This document shows, piece after piece, positions 14,466 to 28,292 of a stretch of 64,000 nt of DNA. Positions within the stretch are counted from its first letter, which is position 1. Each line of letters begins with the position of its first letter. The stretch is from Eledone cirrhosa. Taxonomy: Eukaryota. Under the pieces are notes generated by a model. It ran no database searches and was not told the origin of the DNA. It saw only the letters and a program-made list of their open reading frames with translations. The position numbers and the translations under genes were made by a program. The stretch lies in assembly GCA_964016885.1 (NCBI GenBank), contig OZ024747.1:69750001-69814000 (forward strand). The letters run 5' to 3'.

Positions 14466-15825
14466 GAGAGAAAGAGAGATGTGATTTGAGATGAAAAAGA
14501 AACAGAGGCATGATGAAAAGGGTTTGAAATGAGAGAAGTATAAAATTATGTGTCTTTAGTCCTGCATGAACAACAATGGCTGTGGGTGGGTATTAATCAA
14601 AAGTTCAAGAAAGGAGTAAGGGAGAGAATAAGAAGAGATAAGTGAAGAGGTTGAGGAAAAGTGATAGAAGAGTATTTGGTTCCTTATAAATAATCACGAT
14701 TATTCACTTTCTTTCTTTCTCTTTCTCTTTTGCTATCTCTTTTTGTCTCATACACACATCAACATACTCATGCACACAGTTAAAACACCATACACAATGC
14801 ACAAACAAATCTATCTATATATCTAACTATCTATGCATCTATTTATCTATCACTGTGTGTGTGTATGTGTGTCTTTATGTGTGTGTGTTGTGTAAGTATA
14901 CTGTTTGTGTTCTGTATGTGTTTATTGTATGCATGTGTTGTCTCTGAATTGGAGAAAGAGAGGAAGTATATATATAATCTAAGGAGAATATAACTGTAAA
15001 AATTAAAATTAATGAGAACAAATTTATAGAGGAACGTATATCGAAATAAAGCAAGAATAAAGAAGAATGCTGGGATTGATAAAAGGACTAATCAATATAG
15101 TGAAGTGATTCCTAACTGTTGACAGGGATGACCTACATTTTAACATCATTTTGAACTTTAAGACCTTTTGCTACTTTCCATGTTAAAGATAAAGAAAATA
15201 GACTGAAATAAGACAAAGAGGAATAGTTTTTATTACTAACTCATCAGAGGAAGAGTGACATAACACTTGGCATTTCTAAGCCCAGTTATTTCAAATGCTT
15301 GGGATGTATGTGTTTATTGTTCAGTTTAACAGAAGAAAAAACTGTGGGAAGGAATGAATAAAAAGTTTTGGAGCTAGCTGGGGTCCAGCAATAGAGAGAA
15401 TTGATTAGGGAAAAGTATTTAGTGTTGGATTTGTTGAGTCATAAATGAATGGGATAACAAGAAGATAAAGATTGTATCACATAGAATTTGTAGACATTGT
15501 AGGGTTGAGATTAAGTTAAGTGATATTCAGCAAGAGAAAAAAACCTTCGAAAAGAGTAGGTGATACTTCTAATGAACTGGAGCCAGCAGTAGAGAGAACT
15601 AATTGGGAATTGCCTTTAGTATGGGATTTAGAGATAGTGATAACAAGTGGAATAGAGATAGGTACAACAGGTAGTTGATGGTGCTGCTAGATGTAATAAA
15701 GTTAGTTTATAATATAGCAGTGAATTAAATCTTTAAATAAGCATGTCTGAACATAAGGTAAACTGGTAATGAATGTGTGTGTGGTGCAGGAAATAAATAT
15801 ATACATATACATAGAAACTGGGTAT

Positions 15826-16113
15826 AAGAGGGATAAGTTGTGGTGTGCAGGAAAGAAGGCTGAGATGATATGGGCATGTGATGCGCATGGAGGATGACCG
15901 CTGGGTAAAGAAGTGCCAAGAAATCCCAAGGAAGACGCAGAAGAGGTAGATCACATAAAACATGGGTGGAGGTGGTGAAAGCAGACCTCAGATCGCTGAA
16001 GCTCACCGAGGAGATGACGAAGGACCGTAACAAGTGGAAAGATGCTGTGCTAAATAGGACCCGTCCAACCCTTGCAAGCAGGGAAAAGTGGACGTATGAT
16101 GATGATGATGATG
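15826..16113 (+). mobile_element. RTE LINE 3' fragment (family related to 32585-33979)
   Basis: [20 protein letters not shown]-like coding remnant, then CCCTTGCAAGCAGGGAAAAGTGGACGT(ATG)n. Confidence 0.85.
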
Positions 16114-16617
16114 ACATACATCAAGTACGAACACAAAGGAACTAAACTCCCGCTGTCACTGCCTCCACTACTCTCACTCTCCCCAACTCTCACTATTATG
16201 AGCAAATGGGGTCCCACGTGTTGGCTGCCCTGGTGGACTGGCCAACCTGCAGCACCAGTGGACAGTGATTTAGTTTTGCTGTTGTTTAATCTTGACTGAG
16301 AATACTTATCTACAATCAAATGTAGATAACACTTTTATCAGACAATATGTATCTTGCACTATATTATTCAATATGTTCTTTCTTAATTAATCAAAGAAAA
16401 CATTCAAGGTGAACTGGGAAATGTTTTGAAAAGGTTTTTATAGAAATTCAAATAATAAAATGCATAATTCTCTCTTTATATTCATTAGTATGTAATTGCA
16501 ATGAAATCTATTGCTTATTTTGGCATTCATACATACATAGAGAGAAACACATGTGCATGCACACACTCACACACACACATATATATATATATTTATATAT
16601 ATATTTATATTTATATA

Positions 16618-16836
16618 AATGGTTTCTTACATAGGCACAAGGCTAGCAATTTTGGGGGAGGGGAAAGTCGATTAAATTGACCCCAGTGCTTGACTGGTAC
16701 TTTATTTTATCAACCCGGTAAGGATGAAAGGCAAAGTTAACCTCAGCGGGATTTGAACTCCGATCATAAAGGGGGCTTTAACTCTATGCTGCAAAGCATG
16801 GTGTCCGACTCTCTACTGATACTGCCAATCCACCAC
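16618..16836 (-). mobile_element. SINE family B
   Basis: Reverse complement of 13223-13435. Confidence 0.88.
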
Positions 16837-17189
16837 CCTATTTATATATATATAATAATGTGTTTAGATTGATATCCATTGACTACTATATATATGCTAG
16901 CGTGGAAGATGGACGTTAAACGAAGATGATGATGATTATGATCCCTGAATTATGCACTAAGCAGCATTCAGTATAGTGGTGCAAGGTAAACTCTTTTACA
17001 TTACATAGGAACTGTTGAATAATTGTCACAAATGTAAATAACCATTATGTACTTTCAAAAATAAAAAAAAAAGGATTGAAAATGGATCAACATGACTAGT
17101 TTTAAATCTTGTTTGATTCTCATTCGAGATAGAATACCATTTGACTTGTCCATACAACATCACACTTCTCATGCAGGCATTCATAAAGT

Positions 17190-17750
17190 TGGCTGTTCAT
17201 TCATTAGAGAGAAAGATTTTGTTGTCAAAAGAGGCAATAGTTCTCTGAATTACATTCCCACCAAACACATTTCTACATATAGAGCATGGCCAATTCCCTG
17301 ATGGGACCATTCTACTTAATAAGACATGGATCTTTTGCTAAATTTAATTCTAAGTTCTATTGAATTTCTCACAAATCTTATTACCTGCTCTCACTTTGTT
17401 GACCACACCCACGTACATGGCTTGCACTGCTCTTACAAGCTACACATCTTTCCTCAATTCCTTAAAATGCACCAGATAACACACCAAAGGCATTTTCTAA
17501 ATCAGTGAAAGCAAGACATAGCAGTTTAGACTTAGCTAGGAACTTCTCTTGTTGTCTTCTCACTAAGAAGAGAGCATCTGTAGCGTTCCTTCCTGGCACA
17601 AAACCAAAATGAATCTCATCTATTTTGAATCTTTCCCTACTTAGTTGTGCCATCACTGTTTCCATTATTTTCCTCACTTGGTCCATCAATTTTATGCCTC
17701 TGTAGTTGTTTGTTTCTAGCACATCACCTTTTCCCTTATAGAAATTAATG
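17190..17750 (-). pseudogene. Decayed RTE reverse-transcriptase fragment
   Basis: YKGKGDVLETNNYRGIKLMDQV...FGFVPGRNATDALF...LAFTDLENAF, with deletions. Confidence 0.88.
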
Positions 17751-17804
17751 ATTATACTGAATATGTATACATATACAGAAGACCTGCCTTCTCTTGCATA
17801 CAAA

Positions 17805-18068
17805 CTTAAACCTACAGTCAGTAGGTACCTCTTAACCCAATATACACCTTACCCCATCCTCCCATTTCTGTCCACTGTGTCAGTGACACAACAGAAAGCA
17901 CCCAGTCCACACTGTAAATGTGGCTGGTGTTAAGAAGCGCATCCAGCCGTAGAACACCTGCCAGAGACAGTTCTGTATGAGTGAGACATAGTCTCTCGAC
18001 CAATCCAGCATTGAGTGGAATAAAACCGTCTAACCCATGCTAGCATGGAAGATGGACGTTAAATGATG

Positions 18069-18070
<2 letters not shown>
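17805..18070 (+). mobile_element. RTE 3' UTR/tail fragment
   Basis: Similar to the family 1 UTR; ends GGACGTTAAATGATGAT followed by (TA)n. Confidence 0.8.
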
Positions 18071-18125
<55 letters not shown>

Positions 18126-19114
18126 TATATATATTGAGAGACACAAAGACAAAGAAAGAAAGAATAAACAGAGAACTGGCATTAGAGGATGAACTAATAA
18201 CAGCTTTGTAAGAAAAGCTGTAATATCATTAGAAGACACTGCATTCTAACTTGATGTACATTTCAAACAAATATTCTTCAAGACAAACATGAAATCTCCA
18301 ACGCACAACTTTATACAATAAGCAGTGTCACTAAGATGAAGTCCAGACTTGAACATCTCTTCCTATTTTTACAATAAAAGCATGTCATTTCAGTTTGTGA
18401 CAAAACACAGCAACTATGTGTGAAAGATTATATACGCATCTAACAAACATGTCTGGAAGGTTTTTGTTATACTTTTTTTTTTTATTCTTTTGTGTGTTTC
18501 TTCTTTTCTTATTTTTATCTCTTTCGTCTTTATTCATATTTTTTTAGTTTTATTTCTTTCTTTATTTTTTTTTCTTAGACCATTGTGTGCATTCTGGCAG
18601 AATTCTAAGCTATCTGTCAGAATGCTTACCGGATAAACTGTAGAATTCTCACTAAATCTCTACTAATCCTTACTGATGTATTTTATTTGTTTTCTCTAGT
18701 GAACAGAAATCACAGAATGCCCAGTCTGCCTGAAGCAGAGCATTTGGATTTAATGGCAACATGGATGAATGTGAGCACAGACGATAAGCAAAAATATGTG
18801 ACAGAAGAGAATTGTCCCTACAAGTTGTTTTCTAAATTGTTATAGTCTCTGAGATGTGACTTGGAATATTTATTTAGTCACTTCTCACTAGTTTTATACA
18901 ACTTGGAATAATGTAAAGGACTGTATTTCCTTCTGTCAATTTATCTCTACTGGACTAACTATTCACTTCCCTTCTATTTCCATCTCACACTTTTTATCTG
19001 TTTGACTATTGACATTTTGTTTAACTTATTTGTATCCATCTTTGTTTTTTTTCTCAGCCTAATCAGTCTATCTGTCTGACTATCTTGTTTTTTTCCAACT
19101 GATTTATTCATCAA

Positions 19115-19117
19115 TCC

Positions 19118-19204
<87 letters not shown>

Positions 19205-19205
19205 A
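19115..19205. repeat. (ATCT)n tetranucleotide microsatellite; degenerate ATCT sequence continues to ~19950
   Basis: Direct reading. Confidence 0.95.
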
Positions 19206-20104
19206 GTTTATCTCTCTATCCATCTATTTATCTATCTGCAGTAATGTTCCCCCTATTGGGGATTTTAATTGTTATTTTATTTTATATATAGTTTATTGTT
19301 ATTTATTAATGTTAAAATTTATACAATTTTTATGTAAAACCTCCACCATCATGCCTTGTAATGTCCTATTTCTTGTATGCCCTTGTGGCAAATAAAGAAA
19401 GATTCTATCTATCTCGTCACGTCTTGTAATGTCCTATTTTTTTACGCCCTTGTGGCAAATAAAGAAAGATATCTATCTAGCTATCTATCAATCTGTCTCT
19501 CTACCTACCTATTGACCTACATCCTATCTTTTTATCAATATATATTACTATTTATAATTTATCTACATTTTGTTTGTCTCTTATTTTATATTGGTTTATA
19601 TTTTATCTCCATATTTATCTGTTTGCCTATTTTTCATTTGTCTATCTTTCTGTCTGCCTCTCTATCTGAATGTCCATCTGACCGTTTGGTTGTATATCTG
19701 TCTGCCCATCCACCTGTCTATCTATCTTTCTATTTATCTATCTATCAATCAATCTATATATATATCTACATACCTATTTATCTATCTATTCTATCTATCT
19801 ATTTATCTATCAGTCTATCTATAAATAAATATATTTATCTATATATCTATCTATTCATCTGTCTATCTATCCATCTATATGTCAGTCAGTCAGTCTGTCA
19901 GTGTGACTGTCTGTCTGTCAATAAACTTATCTCCATGTCAATCTATCTGTTGCTTTAACTATATTTTCTATAATGCCATGCTATGCAATGAGGATGAGAC
20001 AAAACTGACAAGTTTGAAAAAGAATAGTCAGTATATGGACACTGATCAACAGTAAACCAGAGTCTGCATTTTATTTCTTTTAATGTAAGTATTTATCTGT
20101 GATA

Positions 20105-20214
20105 GGAGGCACATGGCTTAGTGGTTAGAGCATTGGCCTTGCAATCGAAAGGTTGTGAGTTCAATTCTCAGACCGGGCGATGTGTTGTTTCCTTGAGCAA
20201 AGCACTTTATTTCA
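20105..20214 (+). mobile_element. SINE family A head, 3'-truncated by a family C element
   Basis: GGAGGCACATGGCTTAGTGG...GAGTTCAATTC...CCTTGAGCAAAGCACTTTATTTCA, then an abrupt switch. Confidence 0.88.
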
Positions 20215-20215
20215 G

Positions 20216-20684
20216 GAGCGGTGAAAAACAATTACGCACAAAGACAGAACCACGTTTATGGTATAAAAGAGGTCGTAGACTAATGTTCTCTTAGGTGGTG
20301 CATAGAGACGTTCTCTGGCAATGAACGAAAAAACGAAGATAATAAGTCATATGTGGAGCGTGGAGAACAATAGCACGCAAAGACAAAACCACTTAAATGG
20401 TATAGCAGAAGTTTACGACCTCTTTTATACCATAAACGTGGTTCTGTCTTTGCGCGTAATTGTTTTTCACCGCTCGTATTAATGACGTTTATTCATTTTT
20501 TCCCGTTCTTTGCCAGCGAACGTTTCCACGAACCAAAGTATCGTCTTCCTGTCTTCCTCCGGTTGCAACGTTTTTTGAAATATCCAGTTCTGCGTTTACA
20601 GATCGACTTTGTTAGTTTCAGAAGATCCCGTTAAGGGTGAAAGCAGCGATTCTTTGCTTAAACTTTAATCTGTTATTTTAATAA

Positions 20685-20685
<1 letters not shown>
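20216..20685 (+). mobile_element. Family C HHR-like element with 5' inverted segment
   Basis: 20216-20281 is inverted relative to 20410-20476; 20480-20680 is homologous to 63365-63575 (minus). Confidence 0.75.
20614..20664 (+). ncRNA. Candidate type I hammerhead variant (core CAGAAGA, U4A)
   Basis: AGTTT-CAGAAGA-tCCC gttaa GGGt-GAAA-GCA gcgattctt TGC-TT-AAACT; stems I, II and III all pair, and the fold is retained in other copies. Confidence 0.6.
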
Positions 20686-20719
<34 letters not shown>

Positions 20720-21643
20720 TATATATATATTTATATATATTTATATATATATATGGAAACATGGATTTTGTGGTGAGGCTGGGTGCATATGATCCAAGTA
20801 CCAGGTGGAGAGGGGAAAGAGAGGAATGGGGAAATAGGGATAAAAACATGAAGAGTGAGGTGGAGAAGGAGCTTATTGTGACAGTGAAGATGGGAGAAGT
20901 GGAAAATGCAAGAACAAGAAAAAAAGGAATATAATGCTTGTAATGATTATGATTATAATGGTGATGTTATGGTAATGGTGATGGTGAGAATGATTATGAT
21001 AAAGATGATGACCCCAATTACATTCTTAAAGCGAATCAATATCCCTATTCTAAAAATGTTTAATGGCTCCATATCAATAATTTCTAAGCATACATTGTAT
21101 GGTGCCTAGATCTACCTTTACAGATTCTAGCAGCATGCTGGAAGATAGTTTTACATATATATCCATTGAGAGATCTATCGACTTCATATAGAAATGATTA
21201 CTTGAAACATTAATACTAGAAACATATCAAATATCACCAAGAAGCTTGTATATGGAACCAACAGTGATTAGAAGACATTTTAGAATAGAATATTACAGTG
21301 TTTATGTTACTCATAGAATTTAAATGCTTAATTTAACAATATAATTCACATTATTTGACTGAAGGGATGCAGGAAAATAGGAGATGTTGTGGAATTGGAG
21401 ATTTTGGTAAATTAATTTGGATTTACACTCTAAGTCCTCCTAATAAAATATACTCACTAATGCGCCACATTTTAGAAAGTCTAATTTCTTTTAATGTAAT
21501 TATATATTTATGGGTACACATTTATATATTTATGTGAACGCACACACACACACGCACAAGCATATGGGTATGTATATATGTATGTATATATATGTCTGTA
21601 TGTATATATATATGTATATATATATGTATGTATATATATATAT

Positions 21644-22357
21644 CTTGCATGCTCCGCTGGATGTGTAATAGTAATATACGTGAACGGCAAAGGATAAACG
21701 AACTAAGGGAAAAATTAGAAATAAGAGGGATCAGATGTTGTTTACTCGAGAGAAGACTACGTTGGTATGGTCACGTGATACGCATGAAAGACGACAGCTG
21801 TATAAAAAAGTGCAGGGCAATAAAATTAGATGGTAGCGACGGAGTAGGTAGACCCAGAAAAACCTGGGATGACTTGATAAATTCCTACCTCACACACTTA
21901 CACCTCTCCAAGACAATGTCACTGGACCGAGATCTTTGGCGCTACAAAGTAATAGAGAAGACCCGCCTTACCTAACTACAAAGTGAAACCTACTACAGTC
22001 AGTAGGCACCTCTAACAAAATACACCCTCGTGCCACTACCCCCACCCCATCCACACCAGCCCTTTCAATGTAAAGTTATGTTGGTACCACAACATCCAGC
22101 CCGAAACAAATGAGGTCGTGTAGGTGTCACGACAAAAAAACACACAGTCCATGCTGTAATGTGGCCGTGTAGGTAACACGGTAAAAACCTCCCAGTTCCA
22201 CACTGTAAGCGTGGTTGGTGTTAGTAAGGGCATCCAGCCGTAGAAAACCCGCCAGACAGTCCTATGCGAGCAAGACAACCACTCTTGCCTCAAGTGGGAA
22301 AACTCCCGTCCAAACCCATGCAAGCGTCGAATATGGACGTTAAACGATGATGATGAT
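21644..22357 (+). mobile_element. RTE LINE 3' fragment (family 1)
   Basis: [14 protein letters not shown]...RLRWYGHV...GRPRKTW; UTR and (GAT)n tail; TA-flanked on both sides. Confidence 0.94.
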
Positions 22358-22912
22358 ATGTATACATAAATATATATATATAGATATATATATATATGTA
22401 TACATATATATATAGAGAGAGATATATATGTTTACATAAATATATATATATGTATGTATACATATATATATATATGTATACATAAATATATATATTATAG
22501 TTGAAACAGATAATAAAAAAAAACAACAACGAAGAAGCGAAGAGGCAGTACAAGAAGTTAATATTAGTTTCACGCTTGAGAGTTGAGGGTATATATATAT
22601 ATATATATGTATACATATATATATATATATGTATGTATACATAATTGTATAAATATATATATATATGTATGTATACATAAATATATATATATACATAAAT
22701 ATATATGTCAAAATACGACGATAGCTTATATTTCTAATTTCAAACTCGCTCGCTGTTTCGAAAATATTCTTACTTGATATATATATATATATGTATGTAT
22801 AAATATATAATTATATATATATGTATACATATTTATATATATATGTATGTATACATAAATAAATATATATATATACGTATACATATTTATAAATATATGT
22901 ATGTATACATAA

Positions 22913-22944
<32 letters not shown>

Positions 22945-23053
22945 GCATGTATATATAAATACATATATATATACATATATATATATATTTATGTATATAT
23001 ATATGTATTTATATATACATGCATATATACACATATATATATATATATTTATG

Positions 23054-23174
23054 TATAAGTTATAAGAATCAAAGTTCTGATCAAATCATTTATATGCTTA
23101 CAATTGTTTCCTCCAAGGAAACAATTGTAAGCATATAAATGATTTAATCAGAACTGTGATTCTTATAACTTATA
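23054..23174. repeat. Near-perfect palindrome, 59-bp arms with 3-nt loop
   Basis: Arms 23054-23112 and 23116-23174 are reverse complements with 2 mismatches. Confidence 0.92.
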
Positions 23175-23431
23175 TATAACTGCTCTGTAAAACATATGAT
23201 GTTATTACATTGAGCTATTTAACTTACTGGTAATAAGGTAGTAATATATTACTGCCTATCACTATGTAGGGTTTGTAAAAATATATATAACTACAAAAGT
23301 TATTTGTATTTGCATAACCATAATACTATATATATGTATATATATTTACATATATATATACATAATATATATATATATATACATAAATATATATATATAT
23401 ATATGTATATATGTATCTATACATAAATATA

Positions 23432-23469
<38 letters not shown>

Positions 23470-23569
23470 TTGGAGCTCTGAAATAGCAATATATATATGG
23501 ATGTATATATAATGTATTTTGCAATACACTTTATGCTTAATTAAAAGCATTTTGAAGACCGTATCCAAT

Positions 23570-23654
23570 TATATATATATATATAAATATATGTATATAT
23601 ATATATAAATATATGTATATATAAATATATGTATATATATATATAAATATATGT

Positions 23655-23707
<53 letters not shown>

Positions 23708-23727
23708 TATGTATATATAAATATATG

Positions 23728-23777
<50 letters not shown>

Positions 23778-23781
23778 TATG

Positions 23782-23815
<34 letters not shown>

Positions 23816-23821
23816 TATAAA

Positions 23822-23865
<44 letters not shown>

Positions 23866-23870
23866 TATGT

Positions 23871-23905
<35 letters not shown>

Positions 23906-24075
23906 AATATATGTATATATATATATATATAAATATATGTATATATATATATATATATAAATATATGTATATATATATATATATAAATATATGTATATAT
24001 ATATATATATATAAATATATGTATATATATATATATATATATAAATATATGTATATATATATATATATATATAAA

Positions 24076-24106
<31 letters not shown>
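23570..24106. repeat. Compound (TA)n array with AAATATATGT motif
   Basis: The same motif continues at 25695-26877 and 27311-28292. Confidence 0.96.
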
Positions 24107-24107
24107 C

Positions 24108-25694
24108 TGGAGAAAGCCTTCGACAGAGTCCCCCGCTCCATTATCTGGTGGGCTCTTAGAAAACTAGGCGTTGACGAATGGCTTGTGAGGGCTATACAAG
24201 CCATGTATAAAGAAACAGTCAGCAAGGTTAGAATTAACAACGAATATAGTGAAGAGTTTAGCGTAAAAGTTGGCGTCCATCAGGGCTCTGTTCTCAGCCC
24301 CCTACTATTTATTATTGCCCTTCAGGCTATAACAGAGGAGTTCAAGACAGGCTGCCCATGGGAACTCCTATACGCAGACGACCTGACACTCATAGCGGAA
24401 TCAATGGCTGAGCTAGAGAAGAAATTCCAAACATGGAAGCACGGCCTAGAGTCAAAAGGACTTAAAATTAACCTGGCTAAGACCAAAGTTCTAGTTTGTA
24501 GGAAAGAAAACAAGGCGGCGGTCCCTTCTGGGAAATGGTCGTGCTCGGTATGTAGGAAAGGCGTAGGTAGAAACTCCATCTTATGTCCTAAATGCAAAGT
24601 ATGGGTGCATAAAAGATGTAGTGGGATCACAGGTAAGCTAACTAAGAACATAGACTTTACATGTGGCCGGTGTTCTGGTGCAATAAGTAGCAGCAAGTAC
24701 CCACAAAATACTAGCTCTTTCAATTGCGCAGAGGGTTTTATAGAAATAGTGGACAGCTTCCGTTACCTGGGCGATAAAATCAGCAGTGGGGGAGGGTGCT
24801 CTGAAAGTACTGTAGCTAGAGTCAGAACTGGTTGGAAAAAGTTCAGAGAGCTTATACCACTATTAGCTGCTAAAGGGTTCTCCCTAAAAATGAAAGGCAG
24901 GTTGTACGATGCCTGCATACGAACAGCAATGTTGCATGGTAGTGAGACCTGGGCATTGTGTGCAGAGGATATACGCAGACTAGAGAGGAACGAAGCTTGC
25001 ATGCTCCGCTGGATGTGTAACAGTAATATACGTGAACGGCAAAGCATAAACGAACTAAGGAAAAAATTAGAGATAAGAGGGATCAGATGTTGTTTACTCG
25101 AGAGAAGGCTGCGTTGGTATGGACACGTGATGCGCATGAAAGTCGATAGCTGTATTACAAAGTGCAGGGCAATAAAGATAGACGGTAGCCACGGAATAGG
25201 CAGACCTAGAAAAACATGGGATGAGCTGATAAACTCCGACCTCACACACTTACACCTCTCCAAGACAATGTCACTGGACCGTGACCTTTGGCGGTACTCA
25301 GTAACAGAGAAGACCCGCCTTGCCAGTAGGCATCTCTAACAAAATACACCCCTCCCGCCGCCACCCCCACCCCATCCACACCACCCCGTTCTATGTAAAG
25401 TTATGTTGGTGCCGCGCCATCCAGGCCGAAACAAATGAGATCGTGTAGGTGTCACGACAAAAAAACACACAGTCCACGCTGTAATGTGGCCGTGTAGGCA
25501 ACACGGTAAAAACCTCCCAGACCCACACTGTAAATGTGGTTGGTGTTAGGAAGGGCATCCAACTGTAGAAAACCTGCCAGACAGTCCTATGCGAGCAAGA
25601 CAATCACTCTTGCCTCAAGTGGGACTACCCCCGTCCAAACCCATGCAAGCGTGGAACACGGACGTTAAACGTTGATGATGATGATGATGATGAT
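24108..25694 (+). mobile_element. RTE LINE, 5'-truncated, 1.6 kb (family 1)
   Basis: Open ORF to 25339 with [17 protein letters not shown]-like Cys cluster, YLG and GRP; near-identical to 30768-32386; a small deletion removes the normal stop. Confidence 0.97.
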
Positions 25695-26877
<1,183 letters not shown>

Positions 26878-26885
<8 letters not shown>

Positions 26886-27310
26886 TTGTAGCTCTGAAAT
26901 AGCAATATATATATGGATGTAAATATAATGTATTTTGCAATACACTTTATGCTTAATTAAAAGCATTTTGAAGACCGTAAGCTATTGTTTTAAAGTAGTG
27001 ATATATTGCTATTTCAGAGCTACAATTCTAATTTTTAATTTTTGCCTGACCAACAACCGCTCTGCATAATCAGCTCCTGATTATTTACTAGATTTCTATA
27101 AGAATATAACATCATTAATCTCAGCAGACGGGCGGGGTAGTTGGCCTTGATAAGCTTCAACAAAAGCGAAACATGTCATGTCGGCTTATCTCCTCCTGTT
27201 TGCTGAGATCGAAGTGAGTGAATTTGTCACTACTTTAAAACAATAGCTTACGGTCTTCAAAATGCTTTTAATTAAGCATAAAGTGTATTGCAAAATACAT
27301 TATATTTACA
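26878..27310 (+). mobile_element. HHR element (~320-nt unit) preceded by an inverted copy of its end-to-start junction
   Basis: 26878-26910 is the reverse complement of 27001-27032; 26918-27001 is the reverse complement of 27228-27310; a second copy of the junction segment lies at 23462-23562. Confidence 0.85.
27118..27209 (+). ncRNA. Type I hammerhead ribozyme, U3-A8 core variant, GUC cleavage site after 27182
   Basis: ATCTCAGCAGACGGG...TTGGCC-TTGATAA-GCTT caacaa AAGC-GAAA-CATGTCATG-TC-GGCT...CCTGTTTGCTGAGAT; compensatory C3-G8 to U3-A8 change and long extended stem I. Confidence 0.85.
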
Positions 27311-27570
27311 TATATATATATATATAAATATATGTATATATATATATATATATATAAATATATGTATATATATATATAAATATATGTATATATATATATA
27401 TATAAATATATGTATATATATATATATATAAATATATGTATATATATATATATATAAATATATGTATATATATATATATATAAATATATGTATATATATA
27501 TATATATATATAAATATATGTATATATATATATATATATAAATATATGTATATATATATATATATATAAA

Positions 27571-27610
<40 letters not shown>

Positions 27611-27758
27611 TATGTATATATATATATATATATAAATATATGTATATATATATAAATATATGTATATATATATATATATATAAATATATGTATATATATA
27701 TATATATATAAATATATGTATATATATATATATATAAATATATGTATATATATATAAA

Positions 27759-27790
<32 letters not shown>

Positions 27791-28018
27791 AATATATATA
27801 TAAATATATGTATATATATATATATATAAATATATGTATATATATATATATATAAATATATGTATATATATATAAATATATGTATATATATAAATATATG
27901 TATATATATATATGTATATATATATAAATATATGTATATATATATATATATGTATATATAAATATATGTATATATATATATATATAAATATATGTATATA
28001 TATGTATATATATATAAA

Positions 28019-28050
<32 letters not shown>

Positions 28051-28179
28051 AATATATGTATATATATATATATATAAATATATGTATATATATATAAATA
28101 TATGTATATATATATGTATATATATATAAATATATGTATATATATATGTATATATATATAAATATATGTATATATATAT

Positions 28180-28224
<45 letters not shown>

Positions 28225-28292
28225 TATGTATATATATATATATATATACATAAATATATGTATATATATATATATACATAAATATATATATA
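27311..28292. repeat. Compound (TA)n array, ~1 kb
   Basis: Direct reading. Confidence 0.96.

Noticed and set aside
15225-15250. TCATCAG motif; also CTGAAGA..GAAA at 50390
   Set aside because: No supporting stems I and III; consistent with chance matches.
24763-25263. Antisense ORFs overlapping RTE copies
   Set aside because: Shadow frames of the RT ORF, recurring only because the element is repeated.
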